A stretch of 64,000 nt of DNA, taken from the NCBI GenBank assembly GCA_013239625.1, contig MU053873.1:1874524-1938523 (forward strand). Reading direction: 5' to 3'. The notes under the pieces were generated by a model. It worked only from the letters and a program-made list of their open reading frames with translations, had not been told where the DNA came from and searched no databases. This document shows, one piece after another, positions 35,815 through 49,502 of this stretch; position 1 is the first letter of the stretch, and each line of letters opens with the position of its first letter. This DNA is from Lama guanicoe (lineage: Eukaryota). A program made the position numbers and the translations under genes.

Positions 35815-35940
35815 CTCTTTTTTCCTGCTTGTTTTCTTCCCCCTTGTTGTTGTTTTTAAATGGAGGTACTGGGGAATGAACCCAGGACTTTGTGCATGCT
35901 AAGCATGTGCTCTGCCACTGAGCTATAGCCACCACCGCCC
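35815..35940 (-). mobile_element. tRNA-derived SINE (Vic-1-like)
   Basis: aatggaggtactggggaatgaacccaggactttgtgcatgctaagcatgtgctctgccactgagctatagc; degenerate TSD cacct..gcttctct. Confidence 0.85.
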
Positions 35941-37009
35941 CACCTCGCTTCTCTTGATGCAAAACATTATGGTCACCCTTAAGGCCCCAGCACGTCCTCT
36001 CCTCTGCAGTCTTCCCGGATCCCCGCCTGTCCCCTGGGTCCCACTTTGTGCTGCTCTGCCCTTACGTGTTCATTAGAACGTCTCTCCACCAGGCCGGGAG
36101 CTCTCTGAGCCTAGTGCCCACCACACAGCTGGGGGCACGCGTCCCGTTGTGATGCTTTAGCCTGTTGTCACGCTGTTATCACCGTCTAGAGAACTCCGTC
36201 TTACAGGCTGCCCCAGGCCCATGTTTGGGGAAATGATGGTGACTGGATATTGAGCATCACCTGGGTACCAGGCATTTCATCCCGTCTCTGCAAGGCAGGG
36301 ATGACCAAACTCATTTTTTCAGGTGAGGAAATGGAGACTCGGGGAGTCAAAGCAGCTGATTGTGGGTCATAGAAACCGGCAGTGACAGGGTTGGCATTTG
36401 AACCTAAGCCTCTGTCTCCAAAGCGCAGGACTCTTCTGCCACCAACCCCCACGCAGAGCCCCTCCTCCAGAGGCAGGGGCACTATAGGAAGTTACCTTGG
36501 CCTGCAGGCCTCAGCTCCCTGCTGAGCTGACAGGGGAAGATCACAAATTCCCACAGACCCAGGGATGGGTGAGCTGGGCAGGTGTCCCCCCAAGAACCTC
36601 CACCCAAAACAGCAGCACTTCGAAACTTTTTTTTTAAATTCAGACTTGTCACTGAATCTGGTTTTTCTTTCAAAGGGCTGAAAGCAATGAGGTTCCAAAT
36701 TCTATAGAAATACTTGTGTGTATTTGTCTTGTTTTAGAAAGATGACAGTAGAATGGCTTATTGCATGCCAGCAGAGTGCCAGGAGCTCAGCAAGGTGTCA
36801 GCTCTGGTATTAGATTGCCTCTAGTGTACAGTTGGGGACACTGGGGCTCAGAGAGGAACAGTCTCCTGCCCAGGGCCACACAGTACTGGGTCCGATGTCC
36901 TGGGGGTGAATTGTGGGTGAGAAGGTGACAGAACAGAGAGTGGGAAGGGCTATGCCAGAGACAGGGCTGCAGAGAGTCTCAAATATAATAATCATGTAGA
37001 AATACTATT

Positions 37010-37200
37010 TTGGGGGCATCCTTGGTGCCAGACAGTGTGCTAAGCACTTTGCTTGCATTATCACTGGATCCTCCCAATGGCCTTATGATAATAATACTGT
37101 CTCCATCCCCATTTCACGGATGAGAAAACTGAGGCTGGGAAGAGTTAACATCCCCCAAGCCGGTCCTGAAGCTCGGCGCTCTGGACTCGCCGTGCAGTGC
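37010..37200 (-). mobile_element. MIR SINE
   Basis: gtgccagacagtgtgctaagcacttt...atccccatttcacggatgagaaaactgaggct. Confidence 0.85.
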
Positions 37201-38104
37201 TCTCCCTGCACAGGCACCGAGGAAGGTGCAGGCTGAGGGGTGGGCTCACAGCCCCCGAGCCTGTCACGTCTGGGCAGCAGGCAGGCAGGGAGTGGCCCGG
37301 GGGGTGCACGGGGCTGCATCTGTCACAGGTCACTAGTCGCGTGGCTGCAGGCGCCAGGAGAAGGAGCCCCATTGGAGGCGCTCAGGCTGGGATGAGAAAA
37401 CTGGCCCGTCCACCCTATGGACTTTGGCCCTAACACACCATCCTGGTGTCTCCTCCTTTGGGGCTGGGGAAGGACCCCGGAATGCAGCCCCCGTCCCCAT
37501 CCCCCACCCCGCCCCCAGCTCTCAGCAGCCTGGTCCCGGTGATGCCCTTGCTGCTTCGCCTCAGTGGAGCCCTCAGCCAGTTCTCAATCTAAATGACAGC
37601 TGCCCTCAGCCAAGTCAACTCCAATTAATTTCCGAGGCTTCCAGGGGCCTGGCTGAGCCTCTCACCAGACTGAGCTGCCCCAGCGGCTGGAATGAGGCCC
37701 CCTCTTCACCCTTGTGGGGCCTCCTGGTTGTTGGTGGGGGCCCCTCCCCGCCCCCCAGGAGCCCCCCGTGCGTGCCATGTGCTGCACCCCCATCACATGG
37801 GGCTGACGTGGGACCACTCGGGCCGCATCCACGGAGAAATCGCTGACTGGGGGCCTCGGACTTTGTCCTTGGCTGCTCCATCTCCTCGTTCTCATCCCAT
37901 CTATGAGCTTCGGGGGCCCTTTCCCCAAAAGTGAGAGTGTTGATTCAGAGAGAGGTGGGGATAGGGAGGGAGGGGAGAACAAGAGAAAAGAGAGATTGAG
38001 CAAGAGCACAGGGAGGTGGGGATGAGAGAGAGAGACGGGGAGATGAGGAGGGAGGGGGTGTACCTGCTACTTGGCTGGGACATTGTACTTTTTCATGTGA
38101 CTTT

Positions 38105-38270
38105 GGCATCAGACAGGCCTGGGAGTGACCCTGGCTCTGCCACTGGCCAGTTGTGTGACCATGGGCCAGGGAGGTCCTGTCCCTGAACCTCAGTTTCCTC
38201 CCCTGTAAGACGAGCTCAAGTATCAGACCCTCTCTCCCTGGGTGTTGGGATGGTCCAGTGAGATGGGCTG
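38105..38270 (+). mobile_element. MIR SINE
   Basis: tcagacaggcctggg...ctggctctgccactggccagttgtgtgacc...gaacctcagtttcctcccctgtaa. Confidence 0.8.
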
Positions 38271-38558
38271 AGGCCCGGCCACAAAGGGAGCCCAGGGTCA
38301 GTGTATCTTAGTGTCCCTTGCTTTGGGAGGGCACCTGCCTCCGCCTCCTGCCTTCATTGAATGTAAAATCTGATTGTGCCAAAGGGATAGAAAAAATCGG
38401 GAGGGTTGTACATCTACTCACCACCATTCAGAGAGGCCCAGAGATGGGGAGAGACTTGCCCAAGGTCATACAGCATGCAGGTGACGAGTTGGGATGGAAA
38501 TGGGAACCATTCATTAAAATATTTCACCAATCGTTTTCAGGTGCCTGGTGTGTGCCAG

Positions 38559-38582
38559 GGGCCAGCGGGCCAGCGGGCCAGC
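38559..38582. repeat. Short tandem repeat (GGGCCAGC)x3
   Basis: Directly visible. Confidence 0.9.
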
Positions 38583-41500
38583 GAGGAGCCCCATGGGCTG
38601 TCTGCCCCCAGGGCCTCCATCCAGGCCAGGCTCCTTGGATCTTTACTGGGGGAATGTTATCCCTTTCTACAGATGGGGAGACTGAGGCTTAGCAAGCTGA
38701 GCTCATCTAAGGTCATGGAGCTGGTGAAGGGCAGAGCTGAGACCCAGATGGAGGAGGTAGGATTTGAACGTAGGTTTCTGAGCACCCCAAAACTGCCGAG
38801 CATGGGGAAGGAGAAGGGTGGGGATCTGGATTTCCCACCTTCCTGCTCGGCTGGTGGCTGTGTAGATGTTTTTGTGTCGCCAGACATCTGGCTTAGATTG
38901 GCTGTTCAGGCCCCTGAGGCTGGAGTCTGTGAGTCCCCCCAGACCCTGTCTGCCTCTCTGAAGGAGGGGATATGACCCAGGGACTGAGTGTGGACAGGCT
39001 GCCAAGGTGGGGTCCTCCTGGGGGTTGTGAGGCTCTAAGGCTTCCTGTTGGGGTGTGGGGACCAATTCCACTGGGGTTGGGTCCCCCACGACCCCAGTGG
39101 TGGGTTCCTAAAGATGGGCCTTGGTGCTGCATTAAGAAGCCTCGGACTGTACTCACCACGGGGCATGACTCTCTGCTCCTGCTCTGGCTGCTGGTGGCCT
39201 TTACCTGAGCACCTGCCATGTGCCAGGCACGACAGAAGCTGATGTGACTCGGCAAGGACCAGGGTGCTGACCTGATCCTATTTCGTAGAGAAAGAAGCTG
39301 AGGCTCAGGAAGGAAGAGTGACTTGCCCAAGGCCAACCTGCCGGGAAAAGTGCCAGGGACCAAGATGCGGACCCTGGTTGTCTGACTCCAAGTGCCGCCA
39401 TGCCATTTTCCATCTTTGGTAGCCTGTTACTGAGGGGCTGGGATCTCCGGAGCCCCTCTGCCAGGGTGAGATGTGTCAACATGTCCCTGCAGCCAGTTTG
39501 GCAGTGGCTGGCAGTATCATTACTACTGTGGTGGCCGGGGGCGGGGATGCCATCTGCAAGCTGGGGACGGGGGCACAGACCTCAGAGTAGGGGCGCTGCA
39601 GAAACGTGACCACGAGGCTGACAGCCAGGTAGATGGAAGGAGTCAGCAGAGGTGAGGAGGGGAGGGTGTTCTAGGCAGAAGGAAGATCAGGAGCAGAGGG
39701 GCAGAGGTGGGGAGGGTCAGGGCTTCGTTGAGAGACCGTACAGTGGGCTCACTGACAGATGGGGCTGAAGGCCCAAGAAGGAAGCAGACCAGGTCAGGGG
39801 AAGCTGGGGACTTTATCTTGGGGGTACTGGGGAGCCATGGAAGGCTTAAGCAGAAGAGAGGCCTGCTCCGGTTGGTGCTTCAGAGTTTCCCACTCGGCTT
39901 GCAGGGGAAAGTGAACATGTGGGCCTAAGAGGAAGCAGAGAGAAGCAAGGTGGTTGCGGCAGGCAGGAGTGGGGGCCTGGATCAGGGTAGGGGCAATGGG
40001 GCAGGAGAGAAATGGGTGGGTTTTGGAGGCAGCCTTTTCCCTCCCTGGTGCCTGGACTCCAGGACTGGGGAAGAGTGATGCGCAGAGCCAGCCTGCGTGC
40101 ATTGGCCTGGACACTCTCAGAGTTGGGGAGTTGGAGCTAGGCGTGTCTGGGGGGACATGGATACATCTTGGGGGATCTAGGGGACTCCCAGGCTTCAGGA
40201 TGGAGGTGCTGAGAGGAGGTGGCTCAGCCCTGTGGCTTCCACGCTGGCCTGCCTCTGCTTCCAGGCCGAGCGGCCCAGCCCCCAGCTGAGTGGCAGCTGT
40301 CACAGACACTGGCGTCTTCCCCTACCAGGTCCAAATAAAGGAAAAACCAAAATACATTTCCCTTTGTCGGAATCCGGAATCCGGCGAGGGTGAGCCGGGC
40401 GAGAGGCATTCGCTATTGTGTTCTGGGGCCCACACTGCTCCTTACATAAGCTTTGAGTTAAAAATACGCACGGAATTCTAATTTGCCTGCTCTGCCTGGG
40501 ATCGCACCCTGGGCCCCCCCCCAGCCTCGGCAGGCAGGGGTCAGGGCAGGCCCATGGCACCCAGGGAGAAACTGCCCCACGGCCCAGGGCTGGCACGCGG
40601 CAGTGCTAGCTGTGATCGGCGCCCGAGCCCTGTGCTGCTGAAGCATAGGGAAGAGCATGGGGGCTCATCGTGTGTTAAAGTTTCCACCCGTGTTATCTCA
40701 CTTAATCCTCCTCGAAGCCTATGAAGAAGGTTCCCATTTTACAGCCCAGGTTAACACCTGGCTTAGGCCACACCCTGGATTAGCACTCAGGGAGCCCCTG
40801 ATCTGGGTGCTTTTGGGAGACCACCCTCGACCCCCATAGCTCTGGCCTTCTGGGGGACAGAGAGGAGGTGGCCAGGCAGGAGTCCCTTTCCTGAGGGTTC
40901 AAGGACAGAGCAGTGGATGTGGGTACCGCAGAGGCAGCACTTTAGCTGCTGGTGGGAGGTGGCAGCTGGCCCCCTGCTGAAGCTCAAGACACCTGAGCAC
41001 GTGGCTCACTCATACTGGAACCCCGTCCCGGGACAGAGCAAGACGGCGATAAGGCCTGTTTTGCTGACTTTACAAAAGAAAGAAAGACAAGGAAACTCAG
41101 CCCTCTCTGTGAAGCTAGCAATGGGAGGTCCCCAGGTAAACGAACTCACATCTTTTCCCTTCTCCCTTCACCCGAGCGGTGGCCAGCCGAAGGGTCACTC
41201 AGCTGTCCCCCTTAGCACTCCAGCCAGCCGTCCGGGCCCTGTGGGTCCCTGCAGGCCGGTCGGCAACCACACAGGCCAGTCCTCCTGGCGTTGGCAGGAG
41301 CGCGCTGTGTGCTAAGCACTTTACATGGATCATTTCACTTAATCCTCATAACTGCCTCCATGACGCCCAGTCCTATTATTTCCCCCGTTTCCTAGGACTG
41401 AGGTTCTGGGAGCCGAAGCGATGTGTATGAGAGTCCCGTGCTCCGTAAATGGTAGGCGATCATTGTCAAACCCCGAAGGAGGAGTGGAATTCGTCCGTTA

Positions 41501-44500
41501 TTCACGCGGTCACTTTTTTGGCACCGGGCTCAAGGTTCTCTCCTTCCCTTCATGGAATTTACTGCCCCCTTTGTGGACCGAGAAGCGTGGAAGACAAAAT
41601 CCTACGCGGTCTTGTGTTGGCAGGGGGGTAAGCCGGAAGCGGCTGGTACCGGACAGTGTGATACCGAGTCTGTGGCTTTCAGGGAGGGGGTGCTAGGAAG
41701 GGGCTGGATGGATCAGCCAGGGCTTGAGCACATGGAGGAAGGGTGGGAAGAGCCTTTGAGGGGAGGAAGAGTGGGGCACCCCAGCTCCAGGCCCTGCCCT
41801 TGTGCATGGGGAGTCCGGTGGTCCAGTTCTGGCCAATGGGGGGATGACCTTAAAAAGCACCCCACTGTCCATCCTTGCTGGACAGGCACACTGTCCCATC
41901 CCATAAACCAGAAGACCCTCATCTCAGCCCCTGTGCTGCCCACATGGGGTGAGGCTAACATCCCTGTGTCAGGGATAAATCCCCACGTGCATGATGGCCT
42001 CAGCTCTTTCTCCTATATGGTCTCCCTGAGCTGCCTTGACCCAGGCCCACAAGGAATCACTGTCCCCACATTACAGATGAGGAAACTGAGGCCCTGCAGA
42101 TAGGGGCAAGCTGTCCAGGATGGGGCATCTGGGATTCTGTCTCGGCCTGACCTGCGGGGAATCCTGGGCTATAAGGAGAGGGCTGAACCCAAAGCAGATG
42201 GCCTGGCCTCAGGTGACCCCTGGGCAGCTCCCTGCCCGTTGGAGCCTCCGTCTTCCCATCCATCAAATAGGGATGAGGGTCACTTGAGTCAGCGCACAGG
42301 CCCCAGCTGAGCTGAACAGGCCAAACCCGCCTCCCCCCCGTGCAGCCAATCTGATGGGGGAGGCCGACAGCCAACAGTGGGAAACATGACAACACCCGTC
42401 GTGTTCTGCGGTGTCTGCCAGTGCCGGGCGCTGAGTAACTCCAGGGTCCCCCCAGCCCTGGGAGCAGGGCGAGGGGGCGGTTTTATCTCTGGGTCCTGGT
42501 GTGGGGGCCGGCATGCCTGCCGCCCTGAGGAGCAGGGACCGAGGGCCCAGCCCGAGCTAGGGCAGGCCCCAACTTGAGGCGGCTCCTGTGGGACTGATTT
42601 ATCGGCAGCCACTCGGCAGCCCAGGGGAGCTGCATCCCTAGGGCGTGTTGGGTGCCCCCAGCTGGAATGAATCCGGCGGGAGGATGAGTTTGGTCATGCT
42701 TGGGTTGTCAAGAACTGAAGAGTAATATTCTCTCCTAAAAACATTTCCCGTGGATACGAGACTCGCTTGCTTGTCCCAGGCAGAGGCTGGGGAATCCTGT
42801 GCTCGTGCTCTGTGACGTCAGGCAAGCCCCTCACCCTCTCTGAGCCCCTAGAGCCCCCTCTAACGTGGGGAGAAGGGTCGCCTGGCTGCTGGGCTTGCTG
42901 GGGGTTGGAGTTAGATAATACACGGAAGGGTTCAGCTTTGTGCCTGCCACACCCTCGTTAAATCCACCCCAAGTAAGATGCGCAGCTGTCTCTGGTTTTG
43001 GTGCACGGCATGAGTGTGAGTTGTCTGTAACTTGGGAGTAAAGCATCTTTAGGAAATTTGGCCATTTGGAGAAGTCTGGAACCATTACTGAGTAAACCCG
43101 GCTCCATAAGAGTTCTGGTCCCCCTCTGTCCCAGCACGTAGCTCAGGACACGCCAACTTTTCTCTACCTTCCTGGTGCTTCAGCCGCAGAGCAAGGGAGC
43201 TGGGTGTCAGGAGCTCACGGCTGGGTCTTATCTTCCTTTAGCTGTGCAAACTTTGACAAGGGGCCTCAGTTTCCCACCTGTAAAATGGGCACAGGCACTG
43301 CTGTGTCACCTCCTTGAGATAATGTGTGTAAGGTGAAGTAAGGAACCCCTTTCAGAACCTCTCTATGTCTGGTAGATGCTCCCCTCTCTGCAATCTGGAT
43401 CTCACAAGGCTTGGAACAAAATTCCTTTTGGGGGTTATTAGGCCTAGGGTGTCACTGGGAGCAAGGCAAGTGTGGGCTCAGGAACAGAGGTGAGAGGGCT
43501 GTGGATCTGCATTGCTGGAACCTAGGGCCCTCTGTGGGCGAGGGGACCCTGAATCTGCTATCTTTAGCTTCCTGGGGTCACAGCATCCCAGCTCCACCAC
43601 TACTAACCAACTTTGAAACCTCAGGCTCAGAACCTCAGCTTCTTCATCCACAAAATGGGCAGATATTCCAGTTTCATGGGCAGAAACATGGCCAGCTGGC
43701 CAGTCTCGAGGAAAGGACAAGGCTTGGAGGCTTCTAGATGGCTGCAAGGACTCCCCTCCCCAACCCTGGACACTCATGACAGTCCCAGCAGCCCTGTGTG
43801 GGGATCTCTCTGTATGTTAGGATGTTACAAGGCCTCGAGGGAGACAACTTTACCGGTGAATAGAACTGAGACTCAGAGAGGGAAAGTGTCCACACATTGG
43901 TGGGGCTGGGATTCAAGCCCCAGTTTGTGACTCCAGAGTGATGTGCTATGACATTGTCTCCTGGCCTCACCATCAGATGTAGGAGGAGGTGGAAAACGGT
44001 GCCTTGTTTCCTGCTGGAATCTGCAGGCTTAGCACCGTGCCTGGAACACAGGAGGGACTCAGTGAAGGCTTATTCATTGAATGAAGGAAGGAAGGAGCAA
44101 AGGAGAGAATCTTCCTCCCCAGCCCCAGCTCCTCCCAAGAATGCAGGTCCCAAAGCTGGGTGTCTCTGGGCTCCAGGGTGGGGGCCCCAAACCTAGTTAG
44201 TCATGGCCCGGCCTCGGCCTCCTGGGCCCATCCCTCTCGGAGGATTTTCTCTGCAGGCTGTGGCTCAGCTCCCGGGGGAGGCCCCCCCCGATCCCAGAGG
44301 GCAGGATGGGCGGGGTAACTCCTGCCTGGCACAGGGCCCTGGCTGGGCTTGCACAGTGCGTTGAGGAGGGCGGGCCGGTCATGGAGTTCAGTATCTGGGT
44401 GTGCTCCCTCTGCCAGAGCTGGGCCCCCACCCCCAATTCCAGCTTTTCTCATGTCCACTGAGTCAGAAATTCACTGTCAGCCCATCTTCAAACTCAACTC

Positions 44501-45239
44501 TTCCCCTTCCTGGCTGTGTGACCTTGGACAGGTCACCTCCCCTCTCTGAGAGTCAGGCTCTGAAAAAGGAATAAAGAGAATAATCATCAACATACATTAG
44601 TCCTCCGTACAGAACTATTGATCACTGTTATTGGTAAATTAACAGTCCTCTGAAATGACTGCTCCATTCTTTCCCTGCCTCAGAACTCCCAATTCTTGTT
44701 CTCTTCAAATCTAATTCATACTAAGGTGTGAATGGTTGTCAAATTTCTTTCCTCTTAAGTGTGTCTGACCCAAGCATTACCATGATCTGTGGTGTTTCTG
44801 GTGCTGTGTGAGTAAAAAGAAATGTAGGGGATTTTTATTGAGGGTATAGAATAGAAATAGACTCCTTCACCCCTATCACCTAAAGTCCCTTTATGCAGCA
44901 GCTGGGGATGGGCAAATGGCACTGGTGTGGTTGGGGAGTCCACACTCTTAGTGTGTACTGCTCTGAGCAGTTTGGCATTGTGTAAGGAAGTTTTGAACAC
45001 ACAGCAGGCCCTTAGCAAATGTCTATCTGGAGGATGACAAGAAAATGGGCTGTGTCCTAGACCTTGACAATCCTACCCTCTCCACTTTCACTGCATCCAG
45101 TGAACTCCTACATATCCTTCAATGCCCAGTTCGGATGCCCCTCCTCCAGGAAGCCTTCCCAACTTAATTCTGGTCCAGTTAATCTTTTAGGAACTCTAGT
45201 CCATCAGAGATGGACAGACCCTGAGTTTATCCTGCCTAA

Positions 45240-45680
<441 letters not shown>

Positions 45681-48160
45681 ATTGACAAGAAATACCCTCT
45701 CCCCAACCAGGCCCTTCCCTCCCCCATCTCTCTCTGCTCCCCCCTTCACCTGTCCCCAACCCCCACCCCACCCTGTTAATTTGAAAGGGCCACTATTGCT
45801 GAGTGGATGATTTGTTTTTTTTAGGTTGGTACCTGCTTAGTGGCATATGGACCGGAAAGGGTTAATTTAAAGGGAAAAAAAAAACCTCAAAAATTTTTTT
45901 AAAAAAGAAACTCATCTGCCACGGTATGTTACCAGTGTTAACCCTTCTGCAGTTAGCAAACTTTTGCTAAAGCCTTTTTCTTGCTAGATAATTCCCACTT
46001 TTCTGTAATCTTGGCATACGGTTTTTAGATGACCTCTTTCCTTGTTTTATTTTCGTGCTGCTGTATGTCCAAGTATTGTTATTTCATAATAAGACAAGAG
46101 TTGCTTTCCTTTTTTATTCTCTTTTAGTCTTGTTCCTTCCCATCTCCCCCTCCCCCTGCCTGGTTTTTTTTTTTTCCTTTTCCTTTTTTGCTTTGTTCAC
46201 TGCTTATTAAAATGGAAATCCTGGAGAATAGTAGTTCTGGAATATTGGCGGGTGAGAGTCAAATTGTCATCACAATATTATCTATTGACACCCAACTGTC
46301 ATCAGTCAGGCAGGAGCCAAACAATTAATGCCCCCCTTAGGTATTCCGCCTGGGATTTTGTTTTGTCTGTTCCCTAAGAAAATAGAGATATATATTTTCG
46401 TTCCTACCAACACACGCTCAGCCTTCAGCTCCGTTCTCTCTTCTGCGGGAAGCTGCCTTTCACTGCGATGGAGGTGATGACGTGTCCAGCCCGCTCCGCG
46501 GGAAGGAGCCGGAATGTTCGACAGTGGTGTTTTCTCTCCTTTTCTGGGCCTCTGCACAAATGCCCAGACGCTGAATTTTCACGCTGTGCCGAGCAGCCCT
46601 GGGCCGCGTCGGGATGGTGCCTGTCCAGCTTGCAGAGTCTCCGGGGGCTCCAGGCTGTCATCCCTGCTACAGCCGGGCCACCTGGGTCTTGGGTGCTGGA
46701 GTTGAAGGATCAGTTCTCAGCCCTGACCTTTCCTGATTTCTGTTCCCAGACAAGCATCAGGGGAAGGAGCGGAGATGGGTTATCTCTCTGACTTCTCCCT
46801 TTCCGTCTCCCCTCCAGCCTGCACAGCCCCCAGTCCCTGGGAAGGACCAGGCTTTTGCCAGCACTTTTCGAGGTGCTTGTTGAGTGAAGGAGCCCCCAGG
46901 CTCAGCCTGCCAAGCCCCCCCGCCCACCTTCTCCATGCCTGGGTGTAATCTTTGCAGGGGTTTGCAGACTTCTAAGGGCCTGAGGAGGGAGAAAGGGACT
47001 GTAATGAGTGACCTTGATTCTTGGGTCTTTTTTGAACCCCAGAATTCCACCCCCACCTTCCTTTTGATTTAATCTCACCCTGTTGCAAAACCAGAACCAC
47101 GTCCCATGCGTCTCGTGAGGGAATAACTTCTTTGAGCAGCGGTGAGGGAGGGCTGGGTGAAGAGGGCAGCGGAGCAGGGCTCCTGGACCCAGCTGAGGCC
47201 TGTTACCTGGTCGCCTCAGGGTGGTGGTCAGCAGTCACGGGTGGGGGGCGCCCAGCGTTGTCAGGGGGCGGGGGCATCTTTGGGTGCTATGGATGACTCC
47301 AGAGGGCTTGTATGCCTCATGGTGAGTGCTGGGGGCATGCAGATTCCAGGGTGGGTCAGACAAGAAGTGACTGCTATCACTCCACCCCAATGGGTAACTC
47401 TTCTATTTTATTTCAGTTTCTGTTAACGAGCATCTTACTAAATGCTCCATTTTGAGCCTTCTGCCCCCTCCATCCTCCCCTACTGACCCCGCCCCATGTC
47501 CCCAGAGTTTGCAGACCTGGCTTTTTTTTTTAACAAGTGACCTGAAGGCTTTGGGGTCCCCATACAACACCCACGTTGTTTATTTCAAAGAACTTTTCAT
47601 CAAAGGGAGAAGAGCATCCAGAAAAATCTTGCTCTTTCTAGTCCCTCCTCCTGTCTTTCCTGCAGCCAGCCCTCTTGGCTCGGGCCTGAGTCTGCACGGT
47701 CCAAGGTTCCTGCATGGGCAGCCTGAGGAGGCGGTGTGAACCGATCTGCGAGAAGGTGGGAGTTGACTCGGTTCCTGGGTTCTGCCACCAAAGGAGAGAA
47801 AAGGGGAAGGAACGTGCCCCCTGTTACGGGCTGCAGGCGCGTCAGTCACGGTCTGAGCAAAACTCCTCACCCCTCTGATTCCACAATGTACAGCTGTTTG
47901 AGAGCTTCGTCCTTTCATTCCTTAAACAGGAATGATTTCTCCTTAATTGCTTAAGGCCGGGGAGCAAAGTGTCTTGACTTGTCTTTGACTTTTCTTGTGT
48001 TGAGTCCATCAGCACACGACCATCAGCTCGTGGTCCTGGCAGCCTCAGAAATCCCTGAAGTTTTAAACGTTCTCGCTCCCCACGACCCCAGAAAGGAACA
48101 GCTTTAAAAATAGCCTTAAGCAAAAGGATGTTATTTCTTTAAATTTGGTTTAATGGAAAG

Positions 48161-48166
48161 AATAAA
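48161..48166 (+). terminator. Possible proximal alternative polyadenylation signal
   Basis: AATAAA about 335 nt upstream of the main PAS, with ATTAAA just after; downstream GU-rich element weak. Confidence 0.3.
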
Positions 48167-48495
48167 AGCAAATTAAAAACACACCCAATCCACGAGACTC
48201 CAAACACTGGTAATCGGTACTGCATAGCAAACTCTTCGGGAAAGAATATGAAAACGTTATTGCACATGTAAAATATGAGAACTTAACTCTGCTGTGTGTT
48301 AGGCAATCCTGTAATCTTTTTTGACTCTTAAAAGAAATTCATTTCTGAAATGCTTGGTTGGAAGACTGTGACAATAGCTCATGAAATTGAGTGTTATTTT
48401 TTTCTTTCTTTTTTAAAAAAATATGTAAAGTGCAGTCTTCTGTATTCATGCATATTGTATATACCTGTATATGTTTTCCTGAGCAGCTAAATAAC

Positions 48496-48501
48496 AATAA
48501 A
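48496..48501 (+). terminator. MN1: Main polyadenylation signal AATAAA of MN1
   Basis: Canonical hexamer preceded by four UGUA motifs (48424, 48441, 48456, 48466) and followed by GU/U-rich sequence (about 48515-48560). Confidence 0.8.
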
Positions 48502-48631
48502 TATGACGTTAATGGTGACTGTGGTACATTTGTGGGCGGGGTTTGCTTTATTTTTATCCCCTCCCACCCCTCCCTTCTCCATGGGTCTCTTTAAATTCCG
48601 TGGGGGATGGGGTGTTGGTCTGGATGCTGTA

Positions 48632-48675
48632 GTGTGTGTGTGCGTGCGCACGCGCGTGTGTGCACATGCATGTGT
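48632..48675. repeat. 44-bp alternating purine-pyrimidine tract just downstream of the poly(A) signal
   Basis: gtgtgtgtgtgcgtgcgcacgcgcgtgtgtgcacatgcatgtgt. Confidence 0.9.
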
Positions 48676-48699
48676 TGATATGTTCTGAGTTGGGTCATC

Positions 48700-48918
48700 T
48701 GAGAATTTCTCTATTCCACACTATTGATACTTGGACTGGGTAATCCTTTGTGGCAGGGGAGGGGCTGTCTTGTGCATTGAACTGTGGTTAAAAGCTGGCC
48801 ACCACCCACTAGATGCCACCTCTTCCCCTCCTCCGCTCCCTTGTGACAACCCAAAATGTGTCCAAACATTCCTCCATGTCCTGCGCCGGGCATGACCCCT
48901 GGGGCTGAGAACCACTGC
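48700..48918 (-). mobile_element. MER20 (hAT-Charlie MITE)
   Basis: cactattgatacttggactgggtaatcctttg...ccactagatgcc...ttgtgacaacccaaaatgtgtcc...gctgagaaccactg. Confidence 0.8.
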
Positions 48919-49502
48919 TATCTGATTAGGGCAGGAGGCGGGAAGGCGGGGAGGGGGAGGCCATCCAGGTGGCTGGGCGGTGTAATGGTTATTCTTTTGG
49001 GTCCCGAAATTCAGTTTCAGATCCCAGTTAAGTTTTGCTGTCTCTTGCAAGTTAGATAGGTTCTCAGCAACTCTGTTTCTTCACCTAGGAAATGAATAAT
49101 GTATGGGGACACTATAGGAGACACTGTGTGCACGCAGCACGTGGGAGCGCTCCATATGCGTAAACTGTTAGCATCACATCATGATGATGAGCAGCTTGTG
49201 TGCAGCTGACAGTGTTCTGGAGGTGGGCTGTTCTGGGTTGGATGCTGCTTCCTCCGCTTAGAGCCTCAGGTCATGGATGAGTGGTTTAACCCGTCTCCAT
49301 TTTCTTGTCTCTAAAATGGAGCAAATCACATCTAGCTTGAAGGTTATTACGAGCACTAACTCACGGACCCTGTAAAAGCTCTGGCGGCCCCCCAGGCCAC
49401 CCTTTGGGCAGCAGCTTCACTGTGGCACCTGCAGCCTCAGATTTGAAGTCATTGCAAAATCTTAGTTTACAAAGGGGGAAATCAGAGGCGTCTACTTCCC
49501 TT

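Larger units (their letters stand above)
45681..48520 (+). other. MN1: MN1 3'UTR (about 2.8 kb; end approximate)
   Basis: Follows the stop codon; AU-rich proximal (about 45775-46420) and distal (about 47860-48500) blocks; no recognisable TE; ends at the PAS. Confidence 0.8.
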
